Source of the DNA: Catajapyx aquilonaris
Taxonomy: Eukaryota
Direction: 5' to 3'
DNA: 33,313 nt
NCBI GenBank assembly: GCA_000934665.2
Contig: JYFJ02004289.1
Span: 1 to 33,313 of the forward strand
Part shown: in pieces, positions 1 to 10,417 of the stretch
Layout of the letters: each line of letters opens with the position of its first letter
How positions within the stretch are numbered: position 1 is the first letter of the stretch
The notes under the pieces: model-generated
Seen by the model: only the letters and a program-made list of their open reading frames with translations
The model's database searches: none
What the model was told of the DNA's origin: nothing
Made by a program: the position numbers and the translations under genes

Positions 1-97
1 AGAAAACCACGGTCAAGGTTGCCGGCCCCGGGATTCGAACCCAGGACCTCCCGATTAGCAGTCGGACGCCTTATCCACTATGCCAACCTGCTTCGGT
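1..97 (-). mobile_element. tRNA-derived SINE, 5' head (continues off the window edge)
   Basis: The reverse complement reads accgaagcaggt-TGGCATAGTGG (A box, 75-85)...tccga-ctgctaa-tcggg (anticodon-like arm)...GGTTCGAATCC (B box, 31-41)...ggccggcaacc...gtggttttct. It is colinear with the full copy at 8080-8360. Confidence 0.9.
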
Positions 98-441
98 TGA
101 ACCGTCAGCGTCAGTCTGAACACAGTAGGCCCTAATATGAATTAGGGATTAAAAGGTACATATTTTGCCGTTATTTCGTTTACGAGTGGAAAAATATGAA
201 ATATTTGCAAGTTGCTAACAAAAATTAGACTATTTCCACACAAGATGCAAAAAAAATCATTGACCAATGAATGTGTTCTAAAAAGTTTTAGTCTGACTAA
301 ATATATCCATTGAAAACTTTAGGTAGGACCTACCGGTACTCCAAGATGCGCTTTTTTGCAAAAACAAATATTTCTCAAGAATTTGGCAAGCTTTCTTTCC
401 TAGAAGATTTTGTTACCTGAGCTTATAATGATTTTATTAAT

Positions 442-446
<5 letters not shown>

Positions 447-493
<47 letters not shown>

Positions 494-508
494 TAATTAA
501 TTAATTAA
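447..508. repeat. (TTA)n microsatellite grading into (TTAA)n
   Basis: Directly visible tandem repeat. Confidence 0.95.
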
Positions 509-537
509 TGGATTACTATATGGAATTACTATTTCTC

Positions 538-614
538 GGCGCGGCGCCCCCCTGACCCACGGTGCCCGGGTCACCCGCCCCCCCACNCCCCCCCCCCCCC
601 AAGTTGCGGCCCTG
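538..614 (+). mobile_element. Probable 3' end fragment of a hAT-like MITE
   Basis: GC-rich ggcgccc/ggtgcccggg subterminal motifs, a poly-C run and the terminus ...agttgcggccctg (reverse complement CAGGGCCGCAACT), a common hAT-MITE end. No partner TIR was found. Confidence 0.45.
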
Positions 615-1261
615 CATGCAATAACAGTAGAACATGCCAAGAACGAGGCTGAAATCAGCAGGAAATTGCTGGGATTGAGGATTTCGTAACAACACCAGAA
701 CATGGAATTAACGACCTACCTTTGTATTGGGTATTGCTCACTATACTGTATGTTATAATTTGCAGGTGTAATAACTATGCTTTTACTCCTCTTTTAAGCT
801 GTTTCATGTGTAGACAATGACACTTGTGATTCTTCTTTACGTAAAAAATTGACAGTCGGCCAACATATCGTGTGGCATTCACATTTATACTATAACATCT
901 CAAAGGGGCAGATTTTCCATATTCCAGAATCACCATCGATCATGGTTCGATTCAGTCTTGGATCTGCTGATGGTAAACGATGTGTTGCTCAGGATGTTTT
1001 TAAATCCAGTTATTTAAAATGTATAACATGTCCAAAATTGAAAAATGCTGACTTTTTCTAAGTGTGCACATCAATTTTGACTTTGAATATTGATAGCATA
1101 GATATTAAATGGCTGGAGTATTTAAGTTATTTGAGTAGGACTATCGAATAAAACGCTGTGACGCTAATATAAGACAGTATTCTACATTCTTCCGACAAGC
1201 TAATTTGGGTATTTACGGTATCGGTACTTCATAAAAGGACGGAAAGGCCAAGCAGTGTATC

Positions 1262-1395
1262 CAAGGGGGTAATCACTTCGGTACTCCGGTGTAGACCTGC
1301 GAGTGTACTCCCTGGTACTCCTCTTTATTACTCCTTAGTACTCCTTGAATTTGGTACTCCAGTGTACACTTTTCAGTCGAGTGATTACCCCATTG
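1262..1395. mobile_element. 134-bp MITE with 8-bp TSD (P- or hAT-superfamily-like)
   Basis: TIRs caagggggtaatcact / agtgattaccccattg (15 of 16 match). Perfect direct repeat agtgtatc at 1254-1261 and 1396-1403. The interior carries about six (g)tactcc motifs. Confidence 0.85.
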
Positions 1396-1420
1396 AGTGT
1401 ATCTGACCCAAAATACGTAC

Positions 1421-2540
1421 TCAACACTTCAAAAAGAATTGTCCCGTCGAGCGGGTTACAGTCTGGCCAGGATAACCTTATTATTAGCCTTACTCTTATT
1501 AGCCTTACTTATTATTAGCCTTGCTCGTTTACCTGGGCTACTCTTGCCTGGCTGAGTCACGTGGTGGTATGGGGGAGAGGGGGGGGGAGAGGGGGGGGGA
1601 GGAAACAACATGCGATGCTGATAACAGCCACTTCTGGAAATTGAAAGAAGTCTGGCGTGACCTTCAACCCGGTGGCCCTGCCTTCGGTTTGTCTCTTTTC
1701 CAAAGCCTACAGTATATTTGCGGATCTGGAGTGGAGCTGGAAAAGGTCCGTTGTGGGTAAGCTCTGTGGGTTACAAGTAGCAATAATTGTAATGGCCACG
1801 TCTCTGCCTAACAGATTCCAAGGCCTGGGAAAAAAAATTTGTCATCAACGTTTACCCCCGCTCCCCCCTCCCCACATCCCGTTTGCACATTTTAATGAGC
1901 AATAACTGTTAATGGCGCTCAATTACAGCGACTGCACTGCCCCTGCAATGCATTGCAAAGGGCAATTAAGAGGTATGCCAAAATGTCTGTGATTTCTTCC
2001 ATATGGTGAAATAAACGGAGCTGTATATAACAGGGTCCCCTACATGGTTGCCTCCCCCACCCTAACCAGGGTATTGTCTCCACGTAGTCCTTATGGGGCG
2101 TCCATATTGGAGCTAGATTGCATGCTGGAGGATAGGAAATTGGCAAGCGTCCAATTTTTTTTTTCAAGGACATTTTTTCACAGCATGCAGATCCAATCTG
2201 ATTTAGGTCCAATATGTCGGAGAGACAATACCCTGTCTAGGTGGGGGAGGCACTCATGGAGGTTACCCTGGTATATAATACATATATGTAATCCGGACCG
2301 ACACTTGATTCAAATGCGGGTGTATGGTGCACGACCTTGAAGGTCACGCCAGACTTCTTTCAATTTCCAGAAGTGGCTGTTATCAGCATCGCATGTTGTT
2401 TCCCCCCTCTCCCACCCCCTCTCCCCCATACCACCACGTGACTCAGCCAGGCAAGAGTAGCCCAGGTAAACGACCAAGGTTAAGGTTATCCTGTCCAGAC
2501 TGTAACCCGCTCGACGGGACAATTCTTTTTGAAGTGTTGA
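1421..2540. mobile_element. 1.12-kb non-autonomous foldback-type DNA element with ~200-bp TIRs
   Basis: 1421-1667 is the near-perfect reverse complement of 2337-2540 (tcaacacttcaaaaagaattgtcccgtcgagcgggttacagtctgg...gtctggcgtgaccttcaa). Candidate 3-bp TSD tac at 1418-1420 and 2541-2543. No recognisable coding sequence inside. Confidence 0.88.
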
Positions 2541-3299
2541 TACATCAGCAGCAGCGCAGTAAGTGATTAAAGCCTGTCATTTTAAAGTTAAAAGGCACTG
2601 GTGTCCAATAAATAGTATTATGGCCATTTCATTTTTTTGCGCATTTGCTGTGTCAATGTAGAAAAAAATAATATTAATAACTGTGACCAATCCTGCCAGT
2701 CATTTTTCATTTACGTGAAAGAGACATTCATATGTGTTCATTTGATATCAAAAACATGGATCTTGAATACATTCAGTCATAAGTAACTAAATAAAAAATG
2801 ATGAAAAGTGTATGGAAATGAGGTGAAGCCGATGGCAAGATTAGTCCTTTGTGAATTTCATACAGCTGTGTCAGTACCCGGATTTTTGAACCCAAATTTT
2901 TTACGCTTGTTATCATTGGATACCCCAAAGTTTATACATATCATTGTCATTTAACATATAACTAAATTTTACAAATAATTTAAGCATGTGAAGCGTGACA
3001 CCGTCACACTCTGTTACCATCTGACTGGCACCCTTGTAGGAACTTGTGAAATAGCTCAAAATAGGGCAGTAAAATGCCCAAGAGTAGCATATAGATTCAG
3101 TCGCGATGGAATCATTTGTCAGTTGGAAGATGAGTGCTGGACAAGGAGGAGGCGGGCCCTGTTTTCTCTCAAGGTTGCTGCGTATTTTTTCTGCCTGTCA
3201 CGTATGTTACCTTCTTAAATCCTATTTCACTGCATGTAATTGTCAAAGCTGAATTGAGCTTGTTGCATACTAAGGTCCCACCTCTTCAGGTACTTAGTC

Positions 3300-6125
3300 A
3301 GATATTAACGGGGTTATTCCAGACCATGTAGGTCCTTTAACCCCGGGCCGCACATAGGGCCTATATCATCACTCTAAGTCCCTTTCATCGTGGTCCGCCA
3401 GGGGCGGACCACCCGTTCGCTTCCGAATCGAACCCAAGCCGTCATAGGGTCGACACTCGACCATCGGGACGACTCCACAGAGGAGCCGTCCGTCCCACGA
3501 TCGAGTCCCGAACCCGTAAGGTCCGGAGCTCGCCCCAATCCCGTCCGACAGGCCTCTTGACTTCTGCCTGGTCACCCAGGCCTCCGTCGAGCCCCAAAGG
3601 GAAAGGTCCCGTCGGAGAAATCGGGGCCCGCTCCGGACCCCCGTCATGTCCCACCTGTGGGACCCCAGCCACAGTCTGTCATCGCCTCTGCGTCTCACTC
3701 CTTCTCCTACTTTATCCTCGGCTCCGACCCGCGTAACTTTCATCGTCCCCGGTGTTCCCCGCGACGACCGCCGCCCCGACCACCGGCAACACCCACTCTG
3801 TCGTCGTTGACACTCGCCAAGTGCCGTATGACTGCCTGGCAGAACCTGTTGAACTCGTCCGGCAGACAAGACAACAGCACCTCCCCGGAGCAAGGCCAGC
3901 CGCACCCGCTGCAGACTGCGTCCCTCAAAAGGGCCGCCCGCGCCTGCTCCACCTCCGGTAGCAGACAGTCCAGCAGGACGTGCGATGCGTCCTGACAACC
4001 CCCACCGCACGGACATGCGCCGCACCCGTCCGACAGCAGATGAAACCTCTCCAAGTAGGCCCGGAAGGGGCCGTGGTTCACCAGGATCTGGGCGACGTGT
4101 CCTCTCCAAGTCCGGCCGACGACCACGTTCGGGAGAAACTCCCTCGTCCACGTACTACCTTCCCGCTCCCATTCCTCCTGCCAAAGCCGAATGCCCTCCA
4201 GATGCCAATGTGCAGCGATGCCCCGCCGGTGCTCCCCCAAATAGAGGTGCCCAGTCTGCCGCTCAGTCGCAGCCTTAGCCGCCTGGTCCGCCAACTCGTT
4301 TCCGAGTGTCCCGACATGCGCTCGGACCCAGCCCAGGCGGACATGGGAGCCCCGGGGACCCCGCAGCGCACTCTGAGCGCGATCCACCCCCGGCTGCAAG
4401 GCCCAAGGACTGGCAATGGCCTGCAGTGCCGAAGCTGAGTCCGAGAAGACCCAGGTACGGCCGTCGCCGATCGGTCCCTCCCTAACCGCCGCCTCCACCG
4501 CTCGCACCACCATCTCCAGCTCAATATCAAAAATACACGTGCCTCGGACGAAAGGGAGGCTCTCCACCGCCACCACCTCCTGGGGACCCACCATCCTCAC
4601 CATCGCTCCTCCTGCCCCATGGCTCATGACGGATCCATCAGTGAAAATCACCATCCCAGCGTCGACTGGCCACCCTTCCCACGTCGGGACGTTCATCCTC
4701 TGCCAAGTCCAAGGCGCCGGAAGCGCCCCAGGGGCCACCGGACGGGGTGTCGTGCCGTCCTCCAACTGTCTGAGAAGTTGCTGCCTCGCCTCCCAGGCGG
4801 TCCGCGCCAGGATATCCGGAGGAACCACGCCCGCCAGAACGAAGAGAGCGTTCGTCGGTGTTGTCCGGTAAGTGCTGGTCATGGCGAGCAGAAAAGGACG
4901 CAAGGCCCTCCGCAGATGTTTTTGGACGCCCAGAGCCGAGGCACCTCTGCCCCACACCTCCGAACCGAACAACAGCATCGGCAAGATCGCCGCTTTCAGG
5001 ATAACCCCCCTGCTCCTAGGCGACAGTCCCCAGTTGGCTCCGGCCACCCGCCACACCCCAGCGGCGACTCTCCTGACCACAGACGACACCCGCCGAGCAT
5101 GGGGCGCCCAGCTAAGGACCGAGTCTACCTGCACCCCCAGGACCCTCACATTGGTGGAGAATTTGACGACCCTGCCGCAGAGCTTGATCCACGGGGGTTG
5201 AGGAACTTTCCGCCCTGGCGTCCGTGGATGGACCATCACCCCTGCTGTCTTTCCGGCGTTATACTCCAAGCCGAGGTCCGTCGCCCAGGCAGGTAATCGG
5301 TGTTCCAACTGCTCCCAGAGCCTCTTCAACTCCGCCGGTGTGGCCCCCTCCAAGACCACCACCTGGTCATCCGCATAGGCCTGTGGATGGTACCGAGTAA
5401 CGTCCAAGTCTCGGAACAGGTTGAACCAGCAGTCCATGGCCACTATCCACAACGTGGGTCCAAGGCTGCTACCTTGCGGACAACCCCGATCCATGGTGTA
5501 CCGCCTCCCATGCAGCAAGATGTCCCTCGGCCCCAGGAAACCACGGATGATGCGCTCCAGCCTGGGTGGGCAGGCTCGCTCCCTCAGAGCGGAGACGATC
5601 CGTCCGTGCAAGACGCTGTTGAAGGCGTTCCGGACGTCCAAGGTGAGGACCAACGCCAGTTGACCTCTTGCCACCACCGAGTGCAACCTCCCCACCAAGC
5701 ATTCCAACGCCTCCACCACTCCGCGTTGCCTCCTGAAGCCGAACTGACGTTCATCCAACCACCCATCCCGCTCCATGACGTAGGCCAGTCTGTTGTTAAC
5801 GATCCTGTCTAGGACCCGTCCCAGGGCCGGAGCCAAACAGATTGGTCGAACGCCTCCATCCTGTCCCTTGGGGATCCAGGCCAGCCGGCACCTCTTCCAC
5901 GACGACGGGAAGACTCCCTCGTCGTACAGGCGTCGCAGCAGTTCCAGCCAGTACTCCGGAACAGCGTCCAGAATCTGCTCCAGACAGACCAGCGGCAAGT
6001 TCTCAGGCCCAGGCGCCTTGTGCGGAGACATCCCCCTCACCACCTCGTGCAGCTCGGCGACGGCAAGCGGAGGCTCCAAGTCCCTCGACGAGAGAAGGCA
6101 CCCGCCTTCCTCGATGGTCTGCGAG
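3300..6125 (-). mobile_element. 5'-truncated non-LTR retrotransposon (R1/LOA-like clade, RNase H-containing)
   Basis: Abrupt GC-rich block in AT-rich flanks. It contains the RT-RNH-CCHC ORF plus a GC-rich 3' UTR of roughly 400-450 nt. There is no APE endonuclease or ORF1. The 3' boundary is approximate, and no poly(A) or TSD was seen. Confidence 0.88.
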
Positions 6126-6145
6126 GAAAAAATTACTACATTCAA
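3740..6145 (-). CDS. Retrotransposon ORF2 fragment: reverse transcriptase + RNase H + CCHC zinc knuckle
   Basis: 801-aa open frame with KAPGPE, RPICL, QFGFR, LDVRNAFN, GCPQGSSLGP and YADD (5366-5377). R1-type NWGL...GSEVW and YRTTPTNALFVLAG follow. RNase H motifs: FTDGS (4631-4645), FSDS, WVRAHVG.GNELAD. Knuckle CPC-x8-H-x4-C at 3965-4015. The first ~7 codons are probably flanking DNA, so the start codon is not genuine. Confidence 0.95.
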   Translation of the reverse strand: MNVVIFSSQTIEEGGCLLSSRDLEPPLAVAELHEVVRGMSPHKAPGPENLPLVCLEQILDAVPEYWLELLRRLYDEGVFPSSWKRCRLAWIPKGQDGGVRPICLAPALGRVLDRIVNNRLAYVMERDGWLDERQFGFRRQRGVVEALECLVGRLHSVVARGQLALVLTLDVRNAFNSVLHGRIVSALRERACPPRLERIIRGFLGPRDILLHGRRYTMDRGCPQGSSLGPTLWIVAMDCWFNLFRDLDVTRYHPQAYADDQVVVLEGATPAELKRLWEQLEHRLPAWATDLGLEYNAGKTAGVMVHPRTPGRKVPQPPWIKLCGRVVKFSTNVRVLGVQVDSVLSWAPHARRVSSVVRRVAAGVWRVAGANWGLSPRSRGVILKAAILPMLLFGSEVWGRGASALGVQKHLRRALRPFLLAMTSTYRTTPTNALFVLAGVVPPDILARTAWEARQQLLRQLEDGTTPRPVAPGALPAPWTWQRMNVPTWEGWPVDAGMVIFTDGSVMSHGAGGAMVRMVGPQEVVAVESLPFVRGTCIFDIELEMVVRAVEAAVREGPIGDGRTWVFSDSASALQAIASPWALQPGVDRAQSALRGPRGSHVRLGWVRAHVGTLGNELADQAAKAATERQTGHLYLGEHRRGIAAHWHLEGIRLWQEEWEREGSTWTREFLPNVVVGRTWRGHVAQILVNHGPFRAYLERFHLLSDGCGACPCGGGCQDASHVLLDCLLPEVEQARAALLRDAVCSGCGWPCSGEVLLSCLPDEFNRFCQAVIRHLASVNDDRVGVAGGRGGGRRGEHRGR

Positions 6146-6470
6146 TTTGTCACGTAACTATGTTATCTACCATAGAGTAACATATGTGACGGGCTTGGTA
6201 ACAAATGTGAATGATGACACCTATTATGCCATAAGGCAGAACAGCCTAACATCTGTTTGATTTCATCATCGCAGCCGCATATTCGTAAGTACCCATGACT
6301 GTTCCCTATTATTGTCACCAACAATAAGCAACAGCTATGGTTGTGATGGATGTTATATATGGTGCTTAATAATACGCCAAAGTCGTGGGCCGTGCGTGTG
6401 AGTATGTTTTCCCAACAGCAGATACTATGTATGGCATCAAATAGAAGTTAGGCTGTTCAGCCTATAATAT

Positions 6471-6546
6471 GAAGGGCTCCATGGAAGAAGGAGGTAACTA
6501 GATGGGAATTCCCATCTACTTACCCCCTTCTTCCATGGAGCCCTTC
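6471..6546. repeat. 76-bp near-perfect palindrome (hairpin MITE or pre-miRNA-sized foldback)
   Basis: gaagggctccatggaagaaggaggtaactagatgggaa|ttcccatctacttacccccttcttccatggagcccttc, with two mismatches. It is flanked by tat on both sides. Confidence 0.85.
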
Positions 6547-6599
6547 TATTGTATTTAGATCATAATCACATTGCTCTCATTAATGGTGCCATATCACAT

Positions 6600-7018
6600 T
6601 GTGACCCGAGCGGTTGGATCACACGGAAGAATAACGCAGTGGGTATGTTCAAGTAGAGTATTTTATTTGGCTCGTGAGGCGATAGATACGAAACCGAAAA
6701 GGGTGAATGGTAACGGAAAGAGAGTGAGGAATGTCCAGAGTAGCGGAGCGACCAAGTGCCTGGATATTCTCCTGGGCACTGGCCTCGAGTGCTCACTTGT
6801 CAGCCTCAGCCCATGGTTATAGAAGGCTCAGCCGCACCCGCTTATAAGGCGGAGGCCGCAAGGCAGGATGGGAGCGGGCCGGATAGGAGGCACGTGGTGC
6901 GCGTCAGGATGGAGGGAGATTAGAGTGGGCGATGGTCACGTGATATCTCGGGTACAGTCATGCCAAAATTAGTTGATACAGTGACACTGTTACATATGGC
7001 CGGACGAATCTGGTCACA
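6600..7018 (-). mobile_element. Probable solo LTR (419 bp)
   Basis: TG...CA ends with a 7-bp terminal IR tgtgacc/ggtcaca. TATA-like cttataag at 6841-6848. AATAAA on the minus strand (6662-6667), about 60 nt before the 3' end. Flanks acat/atat are a 3-of-4 match to a 4-bp TSD. Confidence 0.65.
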
Positions 7019-8079
7019 ATATTCATCATTTCTTGAAATGAGGAGTTGTCACATCTGTTACTAAATGTCACATCTGTTACCCAGGTGAGTCTTTACCATA
7101 GCATTAGAGTGGTATGAGGTACTGTTAATTAAAGTATAATAAGTGAAAGCTTCCCAGATGCCTTACATATTTAAAAATATTACACCTATGTGCATGAGCT
7201 TCATAACTTTGAGTCGTAAGTGAAACCTTGTGAAATTTTAATAATTCTCGTTACCAGCCATTCCTATCCACAACAATTGAGCCGAATTTCATGTTTCCTG
7301 TAAATAAAAAATAATACTCTCACGAGAGTGGTGCTCTCCGCTGTATGGGAGCATTACAACTTCAAGATTACGTACACAGTGCAGTGGTTTAAAAAAAAAC
7401 ATCCACACGATGGTAACAGAAGTGACAAAGGAAGCCACTATCCACTGTTAAATATGTAATATCAATTAAACTTCTCCGACCATACCATGTCCAACATGGG
7501 ATTAAAATACTACAGATGATTCCAAATCATGTGGTATAAGTAAAAACTATGACGTTTAGATATTTCACAAACAAATAATATCTGGATTTGCGCAAAAAAA
7601 TGAAAATCACCCATTAACTATCTGCTCCTGCATCATTACTAGAGAAAATGTGACGGCAAGCAGATGTTATAATAAGTCACTTGGCAATAGAGGTACTATT
7701 ACCAAAACGTTGCGTAATAGGCAATAATGTAGGCTACTTGTCGAATGATATTTGTATTTAGTCTAATAAGTACGGTATGTTGTTGTATACGGGCCATGCA
7801 CCGGCCATTGGCGGACTGAAGGGGTGGACGCTGTAAGTGTAAGGTACAGACCGTGGAACAGTGCAGACATGCTTTCATTCGAGCTGTGAACCAATAAAAA
7901 GATAGTCTGACGAGGTGGTTACAGAGCTGCATCCCGGGCTTCTTGATGGGCATGACGGAGTGGTATGGGGTTATCCAGACTCGTTGCGTTGGCAGGGGTT
8001 CATTTATTATTTTTATTATTACAATAGATAATATACCGGTAATACTATATTACAATATAATTATATATAATGAGCTATT

Positions 8080-8360
8080 GACCGAAGCAGTGGTGGCGGA
8101 GGGGATATGGTATCCGACTGCTAATCGGGAGGTCCTGGGTTCGATCCCCGGGGCCGGCAACCCTAAATGTGGTTTTCTGTGGTTTCCCACGGTCCCTCCA
8201 GGTAAATGCCGGGGTTGTTTCCTAAAATAATAGGCCACAGCCGCTTCCTTCCGTCCCTATCCTATCCCCAAAAGCGAAGTAAAAATGCAAAGAAAGAGTT
8301 CCAGTCAAAACAAAACTCCCCCCTAAAGAGCCGCCGGCTGATAACGGGGTATGATGTTAT
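8080..8360 (+). mobile_element. Full-length tRNA-derived SINE (281 bp) with 14-bp TSD
   Basis: Degenerate A box tggcggagggg and B box ggttcgatccc. The central domain ggttttctgtggtttccc...ccaggtaaatgccgggg...aggccacagccgcttccttcc resembles conserved insect SINE bodies. Perfect TSD tataatgagctatt at 8066-8079 and 8361-8374. Confidence 0.93.
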
Positions 8361-9712
8361 TATAATGAGCTATTCACGGGTTTTAATGAACGACTGTACA
8401 TACTGTATTATACTTTAAATAATATTTAATCAAAATTAGAAAAATTTCCAAGATTTTTAGTTCGTCTTCTGGAAAAAGTCTGTTATATTTCTTTCTTTGA
8501 GAAAAATTGGAATTTTTCCGGACTTTTCACTGTTTTAGCCATGCACGGATAATCGGGAGTACAGTGTGTATTTCATTTCATTTTCATTTTTATTTAAAAA
8601 TTTTGTCCACCCTACTTGGATGACGTATCAGTTGGAACCAGTAAAACCAGCGATTTTTTTCGAGAGGCCTACTTGGTGCAGGGTTTTTCAAATTCTACGT
8701 AACAACAAGATGTGGACTAGAGAAGACAAAATGCCAGTTCATGCAAAATCAGGTTGATTTTATAGTATTCAGGGTATCTAAAGAGGAAAATAGTACGTGG
8801 GATTTACAGTGTGATTGCAACAAAAATATTATACTGTAGGAACTTGATCACTCTTGTGATCACTACTTATGCAATACTTTATGTATCACCGTAATAACAT
8901 TTTAACTGAATTAACATAGGCTACATGAGCATTTCAGTAGGATTAGGATGTACGATTAAAACATTGATTCGAATGGAGAAGAATGCTATTAGAAACTTTT
9001 CCTCGTGATAACTCATGCAGACATACTTGCAGGTTTCATCTACACAGCATTATCAACAGTAGTTACCGACTTACCGTTCAACCGAAATTCGATAAAAAGT
9101 TAGAGAGGATGGGGCTCGGGACATGAAGGAAGGGAAGCATGAAATCATGGGATTGGTATTTTTTGGGTAAATTTAAAAACTCTGCATTTCTTTCACGTAT
9201 ATGTGTGAAAAAATCGGTAGCGGGTGTGAGCATTTCGGAATCGGGAAAAACGTCCAGTGCGAACGCAACTGTATGTTTTAAACCTACCTGAATGATTTAT
9301 GGGACAACCGGAAATCTGACCGCTTTTTACGATAGTGATGAAGCTGGCGATGATGACAGAACTTGGAAGAACTGCTGGAACTGCAACTGCAAGCTCCTAG
9401 AAGGAAATTATCATCCCATTTGCCCTTTCATGCTCCTAAGTAGTGACGACATTGTCCACGAGATGGCGAAACCTTTGCCTCCCCCCTCAAATTGACGATA
9501 ATATCCGGGGTCTTGATTCGCCGGGATTGCCGGCACCCTTCAAACTACAAAAACACTATAGAGAAAACTTTTTACAGATCCACTATGCCGCGAAGGTATA
9601 CTGCAAACATTTCCCCATCTTTCCCATTTCTGGACTTGCAGTATCAAAGGCGTGGCCCTTGACGTCACACACGGTTGGCTTATACCAAACGTTTGATTAC
9701 AAGTAATGAAAC

Positions 9713-10417
9713 TGTTGCCCAGATAAGGGTAATCTCCAATATTCTCTGACGGCTTTATGAATTTTCCCTCTCAGAATGGTAGGGCTTCCAGCGCCATTCT
9801 GTATAGGATGCCCACATCCCCGCATATGATGCCTCCCATGGTATGGCGAATGGGGCATGCGCCAGATGAGGCCGCCAGATCGGTCGGAAGAGGAAGAAGC
9901 AGCAGCCAGCATTCGGAAGGGAGCATTCGAACCAGCAAGCCGTTGCTATGACGAGTCCACCGGACTATCCGGGTACCAGACCCGGAAATATTATATAACA
10001 TTAACCCCGGCTCCTTTCTTCGAAGAAACTCATAGCATAGACCTTCTGCGGCACCGTCATGTTGGACGACGAGGAAGACGAGGAAAGACGAAGGCGATGG
10101 TGGACCAGGCGGAGGATGACCTCGGCTGACCTAGGGTTCTAAGCGAGCGATGCCCGGATTGGTGGCTTTTCGGCGGCGCTGGAGCGTCGGGAGCGACGAC
10201 CTGGTGGTGCCCGGGCTCTTCCTGTGTGTTCTGCACATTATCTGGTCTGTATACTTCTGTAGACCGTGGCATAACAATATTGCTACTATTTTCAGAACCA
10301 CTGTTCCATTTTTCTTTCCATGGTTTGTGTCGCATTGTATTCGGGGAGTGTTCTTCCAAATATTGTAGTGTCATGTACTATATTTAATACCTGTCTGAAT
10401 CAAGGTTTTTCTTAACA
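9713..10417 (+). mobile_element. Possible degenerate solo LTR or other repeat
   Basis: GC-elevated block with tgtt...aaca ends, ttatataa at 9991-9998 and a T-rich 3' part. No TSD or AATAAA. Confidence 0.25.

Larger units (their letters stand above)
2612..7621. mobile_element. Old TIR-bearing DNA element acting as host for nested insertions
   Basis: Perfect 17-bp inverted repeat tttcatttttttgcgca (2627-2643) / tgcgcaaaaaaatgaaa (7589-7605), extending imperfectly to atagt/actat. A GTCAC-N3/4-TGTTAC motif recurs on both sides of the LINE (3003, 3196, 6177, 6198, 7047, 7066, 7413). True ends and TSD are not resolved. Confidence 0.6.

Noticed and set aside
20..97. tRNA-Ser(GCT) gene (also at 8081-8160)
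   Set aside because: The acceptor stem does not pair and there is no long variable arm. It continues into a SINE body, and the second copy has a TSD.
3270..3295. Hammerhead ribozyme core CUGAAGA on the minus strand (also ctgatga at 31754)
   Set aside because: No GAAA follows the putative stem II, and no stem I/III closure was found.
3369..5812. Overlapping ORFs (260 aa minus; 225, 170, 152 aa plus, and others)
   Set aside because: These are alternative-frame or antisense ORFs expected in GC-rich retrotransposon sequence, with no recognisable motifs.
3740..6145. Bacterial RT system (retron, group II intron, DGR)
   Set aside because: RNase H, the CCHC knuckle, R1-type motifs and the SINE/MITE/microsatellite context indicate a eukaryotic LINE.
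8546..8568. Tigger/pogo-like TIR (cggataatcgggagtacagtg)
   Set aside because: Single degenerate end with no partner TIR found.
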